This document shows, piece by piece, positions 19,690-31,612 of a stretch of DNA of 64,000 nt. Under the pieces are notes generated by a model, which saw only the letters and a program-made list of their open reading frames with translations, was not told the origin of the DNA and did no database searches. Location of the stretch: NCBI GenBank assembly GCA_944350265.1, contig CALVOG010000003.1:25341-89340 (forward strand), given 5' to 3'. Position 1 is the stretch's first letter. Every line of letters begins with the position of its first letter. The stretch comes from an uncultured Clostridia bacterium (GTDB taxonomy: Bacteria; Bacillota; Clostridia; Christensenellales; UBA1242). Position numbers and translations under genes: made by a program.

Positions 19690-21918
19690 ATGAAGAAAAC
19701 GCTCAAAATTTGTCTTATTTCGGTGGTTTTTGTAATACTAACGCTCATAATCGGCGCCTTCCTATATTTTTTTGTGAATTATGTCAAATTTTCAAAGATA
19801 CCGCTTGACACTATGGCGCTTTCTTCGCCAAGTTTGTCGATTGAGGTCTATGACAGCGAAAATCACCTCCTTAGCGAGCAGAACACTTTTAACGGCGAAT
19901 ATATTTCACTCGAAAAAATTCCCACCCACACAAAAGAGGCATTCTTGTCGATTGAGGACAAGGATTTCTATCGCCACAACGGACTAAACAAAAAGCGGAT
20001 ACTGAAAGCGATGTATAATAACCTTAAATCGTTTTCGCTGAAAGAGGGCGCCTCCACAATAAGCCAGCAACTCATTAAAAACACCCACCTAAGCGGAGAA
20101 AAGACCTTCGAGCGCAAAATAAAAGAAATGGCGCTCACAAAAAAGTTAGAGAAAAACTTTTCAAAGGACGAGATTTTGGAGTGCTATCTCAACGTCATAT
20201 ATTTTGGCAATAACTGCTATGGCATTGAGCGCGCCTCCAACTTTTATTTCAACAAAAGCGCAGAAAATTTGAATTTGAATGAAAGTTGTTTGCTTGCGGG
20301 AATGATAAAATCGCCGAACAAATATTCGCCCATTCTTCACGCCGACAGCGCGCTAAAAAGGCGGAATTTGGTTTTGAAAGAGATGGAAAAAGACGGCAAA
20401 ATCGGCACCGATACCCGCATAAATGCCGAAAAAGAGGAGATAAAACTCAGCATCAACCAAACGGCGGAAAATAAACTCAATTCCTATTCCCAAGCCTCGA
20501 TTGACGAGGCAATGAAAATCTTAAATCTGCCCGCAAAAAGTTTGGCTATCGGTGGCTATAAAATTCACACCTATCAAAATAAGGAAGAACAGTCCGCCCT
20601 CGAAAGCGCCCTCTCTTCCACCGATTTTGGCGAAAATGACCACGCGGGAATTGTTATTGATAACGCTTCGCACGGTGTTGTTGCGTATGTTGGCAAAAGC
20701 GCCTATAAAATTTTGGACGCAAAAAGGCAGGTCGGCTCTTGCATTAAACCAATTCTCGTATACGCGCCCGCGCTCAATGAAAACGTCATCACCCCGGAAA
20801 CGGAAATTAACGACGAAAAACTTTCAATAAACTCCTATTCCCCGCAAAATGTGGGCGGAAAATACGCGGGCTACGTCACGGTGACCGACGCCGTCAAAAA
20901 TTCGATAAACACCGTTGCGGTGAAGGTTTTAAGTTACATTGGAATTGACACAGGAAAGATGTATGCCGAGCGTATGGGCTTCACCTTCGACGAAAAAGAT
21001 TCAAGTTATGCCCTTGCGCTTGGCGGAATGACCTACGGCGAAAATTTGAAAACTTTGACCAACGCTTACACCACTTTTGCAAACAGCGGAAAGTATGCAA
21101 CGGCAAAATTTGTGGAATACATTTTGGATAAGGACGGACGCCTTGTCTATCGCCACACGCCAAAAGAAAAAGAGGTGCTAAGAAGTGACAGCGCCTTCCT
21201 TATGACCGATATGTTAAGAAAAACCGCCGAAAGTGGAACGGCAAAAAAATTAAGTGGAATAAAAAACACCGAGATTGCGTCAAAAACAGGCACGGTTGGC
21301 AATAAAAACGGCAACTTAGACGCCTACAACATTTCATACACGCCATCTTACACCATCGGCGTTTGGTGCGGGAATCTTAACAATAAACTTATGAAGATAA
21401 ACGGCGGAAATGAACCAACAAGCGCTGTTAAAAAGTTCGTGGAAAAAATTACGCCAAAAGTCACAAAATTCACAGTGCCGTCAGTCGTTAGAGAAGCGAA
21501 AATCGACCTCATCGAAAAGGAAGAAAACCACCGCGTTCTGCTTGCAAGCCCAGATGCGCCAGAGCGATACACCAAAACTGCCCTCTTCTCCGCTTTCAAC
21601 CTTCCAAAAGAGGTGTCGAGTAATTTTGTGAAAATAGGCGAAATTGACGCCACTTGCAAAAGAGAGAAGGACAACTGCGCGCTGTCACTTTCGGCAAAAA
21701 GACACATAATTTATGACATCTTCCTTAACGGCGAATACTATCGAACAGTTAAAGATAAAAACGAAAAAATTTTAATCACTCTTCCACTTAAAAAAGAAGA
21801 AAATGAAATTCTCATTAAAGCCCACTTCCAAATGGAAAACTCGCCTATAAAAGAAAAACAATTTGTGGTTGCCAGCAGTAACACCTGGCATAAAGAAAAA
21901 GATTGGTGGGAAATTTAG
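19690..21918 (+). CDS. Class A penicillin-binding protein (transglycosylase/transpeptidase)
   Basis: N-terminal TM helix; EDKDFYRH, GASTISQQLIKN, RKIKE, SCIK, SIN and KTGT motifs. Confidence 0.92.
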   Translation: MKKTLKICLISVVFVILTLIIGAFLYFFVNYVKFSKIPLDTMALSSPSLSIEVYDSENHLLSEQNTFNGEYISLEKIPTHTKEAFLSIEDKDFYRHNGLNKKRILKAMYNNLKSFSLKEGASTISQQLIKNTHLSGEKTFERKIKEMALTKKLEKNFSKDEILECYLNVIYFGNNCYGIERASNFYFNKSAENLNLNESCLLAGMIKSPNKYSPILHADSALKRRNLVLKEMEKDGKIGTDTRINAEKEEIKLSINQTAENKLNSYSQASIDEAMKILNLPAKSLAIGGYKIHTYQNKEEQSALESALSSTDFGENDHAGIVIDNASHGVVAYVGKSAYKILDAKRQVGSCIKPILVYAPALNENVITPETEINDEKLSINSYSPQNVGGKYAGYVTVTDAVKNSINTVAVKVLSYIGIDTGKMYAERMGFTFDEKDSSYALALGGMTYGENLKTLTNAYTTFANSGKYATAKFVEYILDKDGRLVYRHTPKEKEVLRSDSAFLMTDMLRKTAESGTAKKLSGIKNTEIASKTGTVGNKNGNLDAYNISYTPSYTIGVWCGNLNNKLMKINGGNEPTSAVKKFVEKITPKVTKFTVPSVVREAKIDLIEKEENHRVLLASPDAPERYTKTALFSAFNLPKEVSSNFVKIGEIDATCKREKDNCALSLSAKRHIIYDIFLNGEYYRTVKDKNEKILITLPLKKEENEILIKAHFQMENSPIKEKQFVVASSNTWHKEKDWWEI

Positions 21919-21969
21919 CACCATATTTGGTGTAGTATGTTGCATAATACACCAAATATGGTATATTTT

Positions 21970-22100
21970 TTAAGAGGAATTATTAGACATACGCGGGCAG
22001 TGATATGGTGTGGTGCGTGGGCAATAATGCTTAACATATGACACATAAAAAAGTGGCTTTGCCACCGACCATTCTTCGCTTCGCTCAGAATGACAAATAA
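21970..22100 (-). repeat. Modular REP-like repeat cluster 3
   Basis: Core at 22066-22094 (-), then GGTGGCAAAGCCACTTTTT and CACTGCCCGCGTATGTCTAA, matching 48680-48780. Confidence 0.85.
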
Positions 22101-22153
22101 CTTCCCCATATTACGGTAGCGCTATTATGACACAAGATTGTCACCTCGTAATT

Positions 22154-22915
22154 TCACCCGATTAATTCGTTGAATACGTCTGCCACAAGCGTCGACAAAA
22201 AGTCCACCTTTTCGCCAACATCCTTTTCAGTGAGAATGAGGTCCTTCGACTCCTTCTTGGATAGGTCGCCCGCCGAAATCAAAAACGGCACGCCCACCGA
22301 CAAGCACGGCACGCCAAGCGCCTCGGCGTTAATTGGCATACCAAACTTGTTGAGGGCGCTTCCAGGTGTCAGCCCCGCATCATTTATTTGAATGGATGTG
22401 CCAAGGCGAACGGTGCTGGTTGTTAAAAGCGCGTCAAAAAGCACAACGGCTGAAATGTCGAAGCCCTCCACCAAAAGGCGGATAAGTTCATAGGCGTTTA
22501 TCCCTGTGTTTGAAAAGGTGTTAGGTGAAATTTTATAGATGTTATTACTTCTTTGAAAGGGCGAGATGTTCAACTTTTTAATCACCTCGTCACCAAAACT
22601 ATCCGCCGTTATCTCTCTGTTGCCGATGCCAACAAAGAGGATTTTTTCTTTAAGTTTCACCCTATTTTCTTTCAATAAAAACTTAATTCGCGTTTTAATT
22701 TCCGCTTTCAAAAAGGAAGAGTGTTCTTCCTTTAAGCTGAGTAGTAGTGGCGCATTGATGATGAAATAATGCCCCTTTTCAAAATTTAACCGCTTTGCCT
22801 TTTCAGCGGAATCAACGAAAAGTTTGCTTGTGGTCGCCTTAAATTTCCCCAAACTTTCCGTTATATAGCCACAATTCTTCAAATCTTTGCCACATTCATC
22901 CAACAAATCCAACAT
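22154..22915 (-). CDS. gpr: Spore germination protease GPR (divergent)
   Basis: GIGNREITADSFG, VLFDAL, IQINDAGLTPGS and LGVPCLSVGVP motifs; divergent from rpsT as in other Firmicutes. Confidence 0.85.
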   Translation of the reverse strand: MLDLLDECGKDLKNCGYITESLGKFKATTSKLFVDSAEKAKRLNFEKGHYFIINAPLLLSLKEEHSSFLKAEIKTRIKFLLKENRVKLKEKILFVGIGNREITADSFGDEVIKKLNISPFQRSNNIYKISPNTFSNTGINAYELIRLLVEGFDISAVVLFDALLTTSTVRLGTSIQINDAGLTPGSALNKFGMPINAEALGVPCLSVGVPFLISAGDLSKKESKDLILTEKDVGEKVDFLSTLVADVFNELIG

Positions 22916-23008
22916 ATTTTTAATATTGCCAAAAAAATTTTAAAAAATAAGTTGATTTTTGTAAATTTATATGCTATAATCATTGTGTTAATTTTTAAGG
23001 AGATAGTT

Positions 23009-23275
23009 ATGGCAAACATTAAATCTGCGAAAAAAAGAGTGGAATTGGAAAGAAAAAGAAGAGTTGTGAATAACTCTGTTAAGTCCGAAATCAAAACATA
23101 TATCAAAAAATTCAAGGAAGCGCTTGCAACTAACGTTGACGAGGCCTCCAAGATTTATTCCGTTTTGGTTTCTAAACTCGACAGCGCCGCACGTGATAAC
23201 ACCATTCACAAGAATTCGGCTGACCGTAAAAAAGCCCACTTCGCAAAACTTTTAGATAACGCAAAGAATAAGTAA
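23009..23275 (+). CDS. rpsT: 30S ribosomal protein S20
   Basis: MANIKSAKKR...IHKNSADRKK; AAGGAG RBS. Confidence 0.97.
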   Translation: MANIKSAKKRVELERKRRVVNNSVKSEIKTYIKKFKEALATNVDEASKIYSVLVSKLDSAARDNTIHKNSADRKKAHFAKLLDNAKNK

Positions 23276-23283
23276 CTTAAATT

Positions 23284-23308
23284 GCACGCCGTTAAGCGTG
23301 CTTTTTTT
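23284..23308 (+). terminator. rpsT intrinsic terminator
   Basis: GCACGC-loop-GCGTGC followed by T7. Confidence 0.8.
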
Positions 23309-23544
23309 ATGTGGCACGCATTGAAAACCCGCGAATTTTTATGAAGTGTAAAAGATACTGACACGCAAGTGGCGTGCCTATCCCGCCTTTGGTGTAGAGT
23401 CTCGCCTAAATGCAACTAAAGTTATGCTTGCTGGGTTTCTAAATAGTATTAAAAAATTTTAACATAAAGCGCTTTCATTTAAGAAAAATTTTTTTAACAA
23501 CTTAATAATTTGCCTAATATAAATGTTTGTGATAAAATTTACTT

Positions 23545-24264
23545 ATGAAAAGATTGGACACTTTTTTATTCGAAAATAACTTCTATGCCTCCCGCGAAAA
23601 GGCGAAGGAGGCTATCATTTCCGCTCGCGTCAAAGTGGATGGCAAGGTGATAACCAAGCCCGCGTTCTCGGTGGGCAAAAATGCGCAAATTGAGGCACTG
23701 CCCTTTAAATTTGTGTCACGCGGAGGGTTCAAACTGCAAAAAGCGCTTGAGGAATTTAAGGTTGACCTAAAAGGGAAAGTGGTTGTCGATATTGGTGCGT
23801 CCACGGGCGGATTTACCGATGTTTGCCTAAAAAATGGTGCGAAAAAGGTGTATGCGATTGACACTGGCACTAACCAACTTGCCGAAAGTTTAAGAAAGGA
23901 CGAAAGGGTGAAGAGCCTTGAAAGCACAAATTATCTAACTTTCGATAAATCCCACTTCCCTGATGCCGACATTGCCGTTATTGATGTTTCTTTTGTCAGC
24001 CTAACCAAATTTGCCGAAAAACTTGCCAACGATTTTGACGAGTTCATCGCCCTCATCAAACCTCAATTTGAGTGCGGGAAGGACTACGCCAAAAAGCACA
24101 AAGGCGTTGTAAAAGAGGAAAAAATGCACGAAAAAATCTTAAAAGATGTCACCTTCGCTTTTACCGCTGTTGGATTTAGCCTTTCGCCAATCATACCCTC
24201 GCCCATACTTGGTGGCGACGGCAACAAAGAATTTCTCTTGCACGGCAAAAAAAGTAAAAAATAG
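23545..24264 (+). CDS. tlyA: TlyA-family rRNA methyltransferase
   Basis: S4 domain; FVSRGGFKL, DIGASTGGFTD, DVSFVSL, LIKPQFE and GNKEFL motifs. Confidence 0.95.
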   Translation: MKRLDTFLFENNFYASREKAKEAIISARVKVDGKVITKPAFSVGKNAQIEALPFKFVSRGGFKLQKALEEFKVDLKGKVVVDIGASTGGFTDVCLKNGAKKVYAIDTGTNQLAESLRKDERVKSLESTNYLTFDKSHFPDADIAVIDVSFVSLTKFAEKLANDFDEFIALIKPQFECGKDYAKKHKGVVKEEKMHEKILKDVTFAFTAVGFSLSPIIPSPILGGDGNKEFLLHGKKSKK

Positions 24265-24574
24265 GAAAATTCCTATTTTTACTTCGAAAAATTCACGCTT
24301 TTACTTTATAATTTTATGGTTAATAATTTTTTGCTTTGCAATTTTATGATTAGCAATTTTTTGTTTTGCAATATAACTTTGTAAAATTTCCTGCATTCGC
24401 ATTAAGCAACACATCAAACTCTCGTTATGCGCAACAAATTACGTTTTAATTCTAGCGCTTAATTTTGCACAATTTATTAGCACGGATTTAATTTTTTCAA
24501 TTTTGCCATTTAGTTATTAGCCCACGCAACGGTTCAATTTTAGCGCATTATCGAATATTTGCGCTAAATTTTTC

Positions 24575-26478
<1,904 letters not shown>

Positions 26479-26525
26479 AAAATTATATTAAAAAGAAGAA
26501 TTATATGTGCAAGATAAACGCCCCA

Positions 26526-26615
26526 CTTTTCACCGTGCAAACATCGAATCCATCCTCTTTTCACCGTGTAAACATCGAATCCATCCTCTTTTCACCGCGC
26601 GAATACATCCTCTTT
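26526..26615. repeat. 31-bp tandem repeat, about 2.5 copies
   Basis: CTTTTCACCGTGYAAACATCGAATCCATCCT. Confidence 0.8.
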
Positions 26616-26635
26616 TTCTCATTATTTCAAATCAT

Positions 26636-27200
26636 ACCACATAAAAAACGCTTGCCACTCCACTACGCCCATACCGCAAGGCGATACCATTAAATGTCAT
26701 TCTGAGCGAAGCGAAGAATCTCGTCGTAGCACCCGCGGATGTCTAATCTATCCTCATTTCACTACACGAATGTCAAACGCTCCCACTTCAAAAAATGCTT
26801 GCTGTTTATGCCGGATGGACTGTCGGCTTGCTTGTCATTCTGATGTGGCAGTGCCACGTATTATATTACGTCTAACGCGCAGTATCGCCTCTACCGCCAG
26901 GACTACCACCCCATTGTCCGTTAGGACTGTTGGCTTGCTTGTCATTCTGAGCGTCAGCGAAGAATCTCGTCGTAGCACCCGCCCGCGGATGTCTAATCTA
27001 TCCACATAAAAAACGCTTAGCGCAAAGTAAACGCTAAGCATTTTATACGTTGAGCCCTTAATCTTATATATGTCTTCCATTTAAATCATACCAATCCATT
27101 CAGTCTATTCAAAGTGGTAGTTTTAGAGTTTGTGAAAGCTGTTCTACGACGAGATTCTTCGCTGGCGTCGCCTTGCTCCTTGCTCAGAATGACAAATAAT
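26636..27200. repeat. Modular REP-like repeat cluster 4
   Basis: Cores at 26696-26729 (+), 26834 (partial), 26941-26975 (+) and 27144-27193 (-, expanded loop). Confidence 0.88.
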
Positions 27201-27294
27201 TGCCCTGCCTTAAACAGCCCCGTAGCCCTTGCTTTCACACTCTAAATCAATTTTCGATTTTGCGAGGCTTTGCCCAGTGCGCACAAATCGAAAA

Positions 27295-27564
27295 TCACCT
27301 ACAGGGAAGAGGATTGGGATGGGAATTCCTCGCCTCCCAAACAGCATACCACGTCCGCGTGCCGTCCGTTGAGTAGTAAGTGTCGCTCAAATTGATAGAG
27401 CCTGTCGCGCTCACTGCCGTCGCACCGCTTCCATTGGATTCCGTGTTGTATCCCAAAAATTCGTAACCCGTCCGTGTTGGCGTAGACGGCAGTGCGGTTA
27501 TCTTACTCGAACTCGTGCAGGAGCTACTCGAATACCACCCGCTGTCATACTTTAGCCAATACAT
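27295..27564 (-). pseudogene. Isolated Listeria-Bacteroides (InlB B-repeat) domain fragment
   Basis: PTRTGYEFLGYNTESNGSG...TWYAVWE; single repeat with no signal peptide, anchor or SD sequence. Confidence 0.6.
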
Positions 27565-27636
27565 TTTGTTAAAATGTACTTATAGCGCTTTTTGCAATAT
27601 GTAGGGTGGTTTCTTTCCAAAAACAATGACAACTGC

Positions 27637-28542
27637 TTAGCCCATTTTTCTTAATTTTTCTAAATATTTTTCAAAATAATCTGGCAATGGCGCCTCGAAA
27701 GTTACCTCTTTTAAAGTGGTTGGATGAATGAAAGAAAGGCGAACGGCGTGCAAAAGTTGTCCGTCCAACCCCTTAACTTCCTTGCCATACACCTTATCGC
27801 CGACCACAGGATGCCCCAAAAATTTTGAGTGGACGCGGATTTGATGCGTGCGCCCCGTTTTGAGCGAAAACTCCACAAGGCAGGCGTTTTTAAAGCGCTC
27901 CAGCACGCGGTAGTCAGTCACTGCCTCTCTGCCCACATCAGCCACCGCCATTTTCTTTCTATCCTTCTTATCACGCGCAATTTTGGTGATAATTTCGCCC
28001 GAATCGTCCTTCAAATTCCCTTCCAAAATTGCCAAATACACCCGCTTTGCCGTCTTATTTTTAATCTGTTGTTGAAGAGAAACGTGCGCCTTGTCATTTT
28101 TTGCAACCACCAAAAGCCCGCTTGTGTCTTTATCCAGCCTATGCACAATGCCAGGGCGCAAAACCCCGTTAATTCCGCTCAAATTTTTCACCCTGTGAAG
28201 AAGTCCGTTGACAAGAGTTCCGCTTTTTGTGGACGCGCACGGATGCACCACCAGCCCTTGCGGTTTATTGACAACAACAACGTCGTCGTCCTCAAACACT
28301 ATATCAAACGGCACATCCTCCTCGGCGGTGGAAATTTTTTGAGGCTCCTTGATGATAACTTTCACAACATCATTTTCGCGGAGTTTATAGCCACTTTTCA
28401 CCGATTTTTCATTGACGAAAACACAATTTTTTTCGATTAGATTTTTGATGTGAGAGCGCGAAAAATGAGGAAGTTCGCTTTGCAAAAAAACATCCAGTCG
28501 ACCGCCCGCCTTTTCAATTTTAAACGTTTTTTCTTCACTCAT
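27637..28542 (-). CDS. rluD: RluA/RluD-family pseudouridine synthase
   Basis: S4 domain; NKPQGLVVHP, VHRLDKDTSG and TGRTHQIRVH motifs; follows lspA. Confidence 0.93.
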   Translation of the reverse strand: MSEEKTFKIEKAGGRLDVFLQSELPHFSRSHIKNLIEKNCVFVNEKSVKSGYKLRENDVVKVIIKEPQKISTAEEDVPFDIVFEDDDVVVVNKPQGLVVHPCASTKSGTLVNGLLHRVKNLSGINGVLRPGIVHRLDKDTSGLLVVAKNDKAHVSLQQQIKNKTAKRVYLAILEGNLKDDSGEIITKIARDKKDRKKMAVADVGREAVTDYRVLERFKNACLVEFSLKTGRTHQIRVHSKFLGHPVVGDKVYGKEVKGLDGQLLHAVRLSFIHPTTLKEVTFEAPLPDYFEKYLEKLRKMG

Positions 28543-29227
28543 TTTTATCTTCCGTTTTGACATTATTGTTATCTTCGAAAGTCTCACCTTGCGAATTTTT
28601 ACCACTTCGCGCTTTAAATTCGTTCTTTTTTGACGAATTTTTCGCCTTATTTTTCATATTTTTGCCGTTTTCTAGGTTATCTTTTTCTGCCTCGCTCTCA
28701 TTTTCCGCCTCTTCAATCATAATTTTCCCAACAGCGTCCACAACCTCCGCTTTTTTCTCTTTTTTACAAGCATAGATGATGAGGTAAACGGCAAAAAGCA
28801 CCACGCCAAAAGTGAGAAAAACATCGGCAAAATTGAACACAGGAAAACTTTGCCAAAAGGCGAATTGAATGAAATCGCGCACATAGCCGAAAACCAGCCT
28901 ATCGAAAAGATTGCCAATGCATCCCGCGCACAAAAAGGCGAAGGTGATGGTAAGAAGCCAACTCTTCTTTTTGTCAACAACATAAAACCAAATGAAAACG
29001 CCGAGAAAAACCAAACTTAAAATCACAAGCCCAACCTGATTGCCAGAAAAAATACCCCACGCCGCGCCGTGATTGTGAACGATGATGAGGTTAAAAATCC
29101 CCAAACTCTTGCCTGTGCCTTCCTCGAACATAGCGTCAAAGACGTATTTTGTCGTTAAATCCAGTGCCAAAATTGCAACAATTATGACCGAAAGAACGAT
29201 AATTTTGTTAATTAAACTTTTTTTCAT
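28535..29227 (-). CDS. lspA: Lipoprotein signal peptidase II with a charged C-terminal tail
   Basis: NHGAAWG, GNLFDR, VRDFI and PVFNFAD motifs. Confidence 0.95.
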   Translation of the reverse strand: MKKSLINKIIVLSVIIVAILALDLTTKYVFDAMFEEGTGKSLGIFNLIIVHNHGAAWGIFSGNQVGLVILSLVFLGVFIWFYVVDKKKSWLLTITFAFLCAGCIGNLFDRLVFGYVRDFIQFAFWQSFPVFNFADVFLTFGVVLFAVYLIIYACKKEKKAEVVDAVGKIMIEEAENESEAEKDNLENGKNMKNKAKNSSKKNEFKARSGKNSQGETFEDNNNVKTEDKNE

Positions 29228-29436
29228 AAAACCTCTTTATAAATTTCAAAATGGACTTTTTAATAAAACAAACTTAAAATTAAAATTTTACATAACAAAC
29301 TCTTTATTAATGTCTATTTTATTTCTAATTGATACTATCAATTAGAAGCAAACCGCAATTTTATTGTCTTATTTCTATATTTTTATAACCCAAAAATATG
29401 ACAACAAAAGAATATTACAATTTCTTATTATCAATC

Positions 29437-29802
29437 TTAATCAATTTCAATTTCGAAATTTTTAGGAAGGAAAATGTATAGATTTTTATCAATCGGCTCA
29501 CTTTTCGCGCCGAGCATATCCAAAACGCCGTTAAAATAATCTAAAATTTTCCGCTTTTCGTTCGCCCCGCAATGGCGCAAATCGAGGATGAAAGGAGTGT
29601 CTTTTTTCAAATAATCCGCCTTATCCTTGCAATCTTCCAGCGCCTCTGGGTAAAAAACCTTAACGCCGTCAATTTCATCAGGCAATTTCTCGGTCACCTT
29701 CAAGTTATAGGTGGCGCTGTTTTTGACAACCTTTTTTTTAGTCACCCTAACATCGTCCGTTTCAAAGCCGAGCGCCTTATAAAAAATATCCATAAATTTC
29801 AT
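29437..29802 (-). CDS. sepF: SepF-like cell division protein (divergent)
   Basis: Pattern VFYP..ED....ADYLK....ILDL...RKILDY..G....L.......YIFLP; lies upstream of lspA. Confidence 0.6.
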   Translation of the reverse strand: MKFMDIFYKALGFETDDVRVTKKKVVKNSATYNLKVTEKLPDEIDGVKVFYPEALEDCKDKADYLKKDTPFILDLRHCGANEKRKILDYFNGVLDMLGAKSEPIDKNLYIFLPKNFEIEID

Positions 29803-29967
29803 AATTCCCTCTTTTCGTTAAAATTATATCATAAATAGAAGGCAAATAACAAATAAATTACCGCTTTTAGCGCAAACAAAAATGAAAAATTTGTCAAACC
29901 ACTAGGCAACGACAAAAATTGACTTTTTTATCATACTATGCTATAATAACTCACAAAAGGAGGCTTT

Positions 29968-30189
29968 ATGTTTCACACAAAAACACCTAAAAGCACTTAT
30001 AGCCCTTATAGCAAAGATAAACTGATTGAAGAGATAGTGAACACAATGGCAGAAATAGAAAATCTTAAGACGCCAAAAGATGCTCAAAAACAACTAAAAC
30101 AAAGATTGAAAGAATTACAAAAACAACTTAAAGAAATCGAAAAAGAGGAAAAAAGAGAGGAGCGCTTTGAAAGAAGTATTTTAAGATAA
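29968..30189 (+). CDS. Small coiled-coil hypothetical protein
   Basis: TTGACT...TGCTATAAT promoter, AAGGAGG RBS and a downstream terminator. Confidence 0.75.
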   Translation: MFHTKTPKSTYSPYSKDKLIEEIVNTMAEIENLKTPKDAQKQLKQRLKELQKQLKEIEKEEKREERFERSILR

Positions 30190-30199
30190 TAAATATGAC

Positions 30200-30232
30200 A
30201 AAAAAAGACTTTCGATTGAAAGCCTTTTTTTT
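30200..30232. terminator. Bidirectional intrinsic terminator
   Basis: A7-GACTTTC-gatt-GAAAGCC-T8. Confidence 0.7.
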
Positions 30233-30318
30233 ATAGGAATTTTTATGAATGAAGCAATGTGATATCGGCGAAACGAAGGAGTTGCACTTTGTGCAACAAT
30301 TTCGTTTATTATTTTCAA

Positions 30319-31521
30319 TTACTCGATAATTGAAGAAACAACGCCAGAACCAACCGTTCTTCCGCCTTCACGGATAGCGAAACGGAGACCTTGCTCGATT
30401 GCGATTGGGGTGATAAGAGTGATTGTCATACGAACATTGTCGCCTGGCATAACCATCTCAACGCCCTTTTCAAGGTCGATTGTTCCGGTAACGTCGGTTG
30501 TTCTAAAGTAGAATTGAGGTCTGTAACCATTGAAGAATGGTGTGTGACGACCGCCTTCCTCTTTCTTCAACACGTAAACTTCAGCGGTGAACTTTGTGTG
30601 TGGGTGAATTGAACCTGGTTTGCAGATAACTTGTCCTCTTTCGATTTCGTTTCTTTGAATACCACGAAGAAGAAGACCAACATTATCGCCTGCACGACCC
30701 TCATCCAAAAGTTTTCTAAACATTTCAACGCCAGTGATAACGGTTTGTTTCTTTTGTCCAAGACCAACGATTTCAACAGTGTCATTGATGTGAACAACGC
30801 CTCTTTCAACTCTACCAGTTGCAACGGTTCCACGACCAGTGATTGTGAAAACGTCCTCAACAGGCATAAGGAAAGGCTTGTCGGTGTCACGAGTAGGTTC
30901 TGGGATATAAGAATCCAAAGCGTCCAAAAGTTCTTGGATGCAAGCGCACGCTGGGTCATCAACCTTGCCAGCCTGAGCAGCCTCCAAAGCCTTAAGAGCG
31001 GAGCCCTTGATGATTGGAGTTTTGTCTCCTGGGAAACCATATTCAGTAAGAAGGTCTCTAATTTCCATTTCAACGAGTTCCAAAAGTTCTGGGTCGTCAA
31101 CTTGGTCAGTTTTGTTCATAAACACAACGATGTAAGGAACGCCAACCTGACGAGCGAGAAGGATGTGTTCTCTTGTCTGTGGCATTGGACCATCAGTTGC
31201 AGCAACAACGAGGATAGCACCGTCCATTTGAGCAGCACCGGTAATCATATTTTTAACGTAGTCAGCGTGTCCCGGGCAGTCAACGTGAGCGTAGTGACGC
31301 TTGTCAGTTTGATACTCAACGTGAGCGGTGTTAATTGTGATTCCTCTTGCTTTTTCTTCTGGGGCCTTATCGATTTGGTCGTATCTTTGAGCCTCTGCAA
31401 AACCTTTAAGAGCGGAATAGGTTGTGATTGCCGCTGTTAAGGTTGTTTTACCGTGGTCAACGTGGCCGATGGTTCCAACGTTAACGTGTGGTTTACTTCT
31501 ATCAAATTTTTCTGTAGCCAT
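30319..31521 (-). CDS. tuf: Elongation factor Tu
   Basis: [17 protein letters not shown] and NKTD motifs; near-canonical sequence. Confidence 0.99.
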   Translation of the reverse strand: MATEKFDRSKPHVNVGTIGHVDHGKTTLTAAITTYSALKGFAEAQRYDQIDKAPEEKARGITINTAHVEYQTDKRHYAHVDCPGHADYVKNMITGAAQMDGAILVVAATDGPMPQTREHILLARQVGVPYIVVFMNKTDQVDDPELLELVEMEIRDLLTEYGFPGDKTPIIKGSALKALEAAQAGKVDDPACACIQELLDALDSYIPEPTRDTDKPFLMPVEDVFTITGRGTVATGRVERGVVHINDTVEIVGLGQKKQTVITGVEMFRKLLDEGRAGDNVGLLLRGIQRNEIERGQVICKPGSIHPHTKFTAEVYVLKKEEGGRHTPFFNGYRPQFYFRTTDVTGTIDLEKGVEMVMPGDNVRMTITLITPIAIEQGLRFAIREGGRTVGSGVVSSIIE

Positions 31522-31612
31522 TTTTAAAATCTCCTTTTTTATTTTCTACTATGATATCATAGCACATTTTTTTAAAAAATCAAAACGTTTTTCGCAACTT
31601 TTTTAAAAAATT

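Noticed and set aside
19608-19748. N-terminal extensions in the ORF track (miaB; likewise fusA, ackA, rpsT, rluD, dtd, ttcA)
   Set aside because: Homology and RBS or promoter position support the downstream starts.
21915-22109. Small ORFs in REP clusters (also 26770-27080 and 26505-26693)
   Set aside because: These are translations of the repeats (e.g. VILSEAKN), with no RBS and no coding character.
27295-27564. Diversity-generating retroelement template
   Set aside because: There is no reverse transcriptase and no second copy with adenine-specific mismatches in the window.
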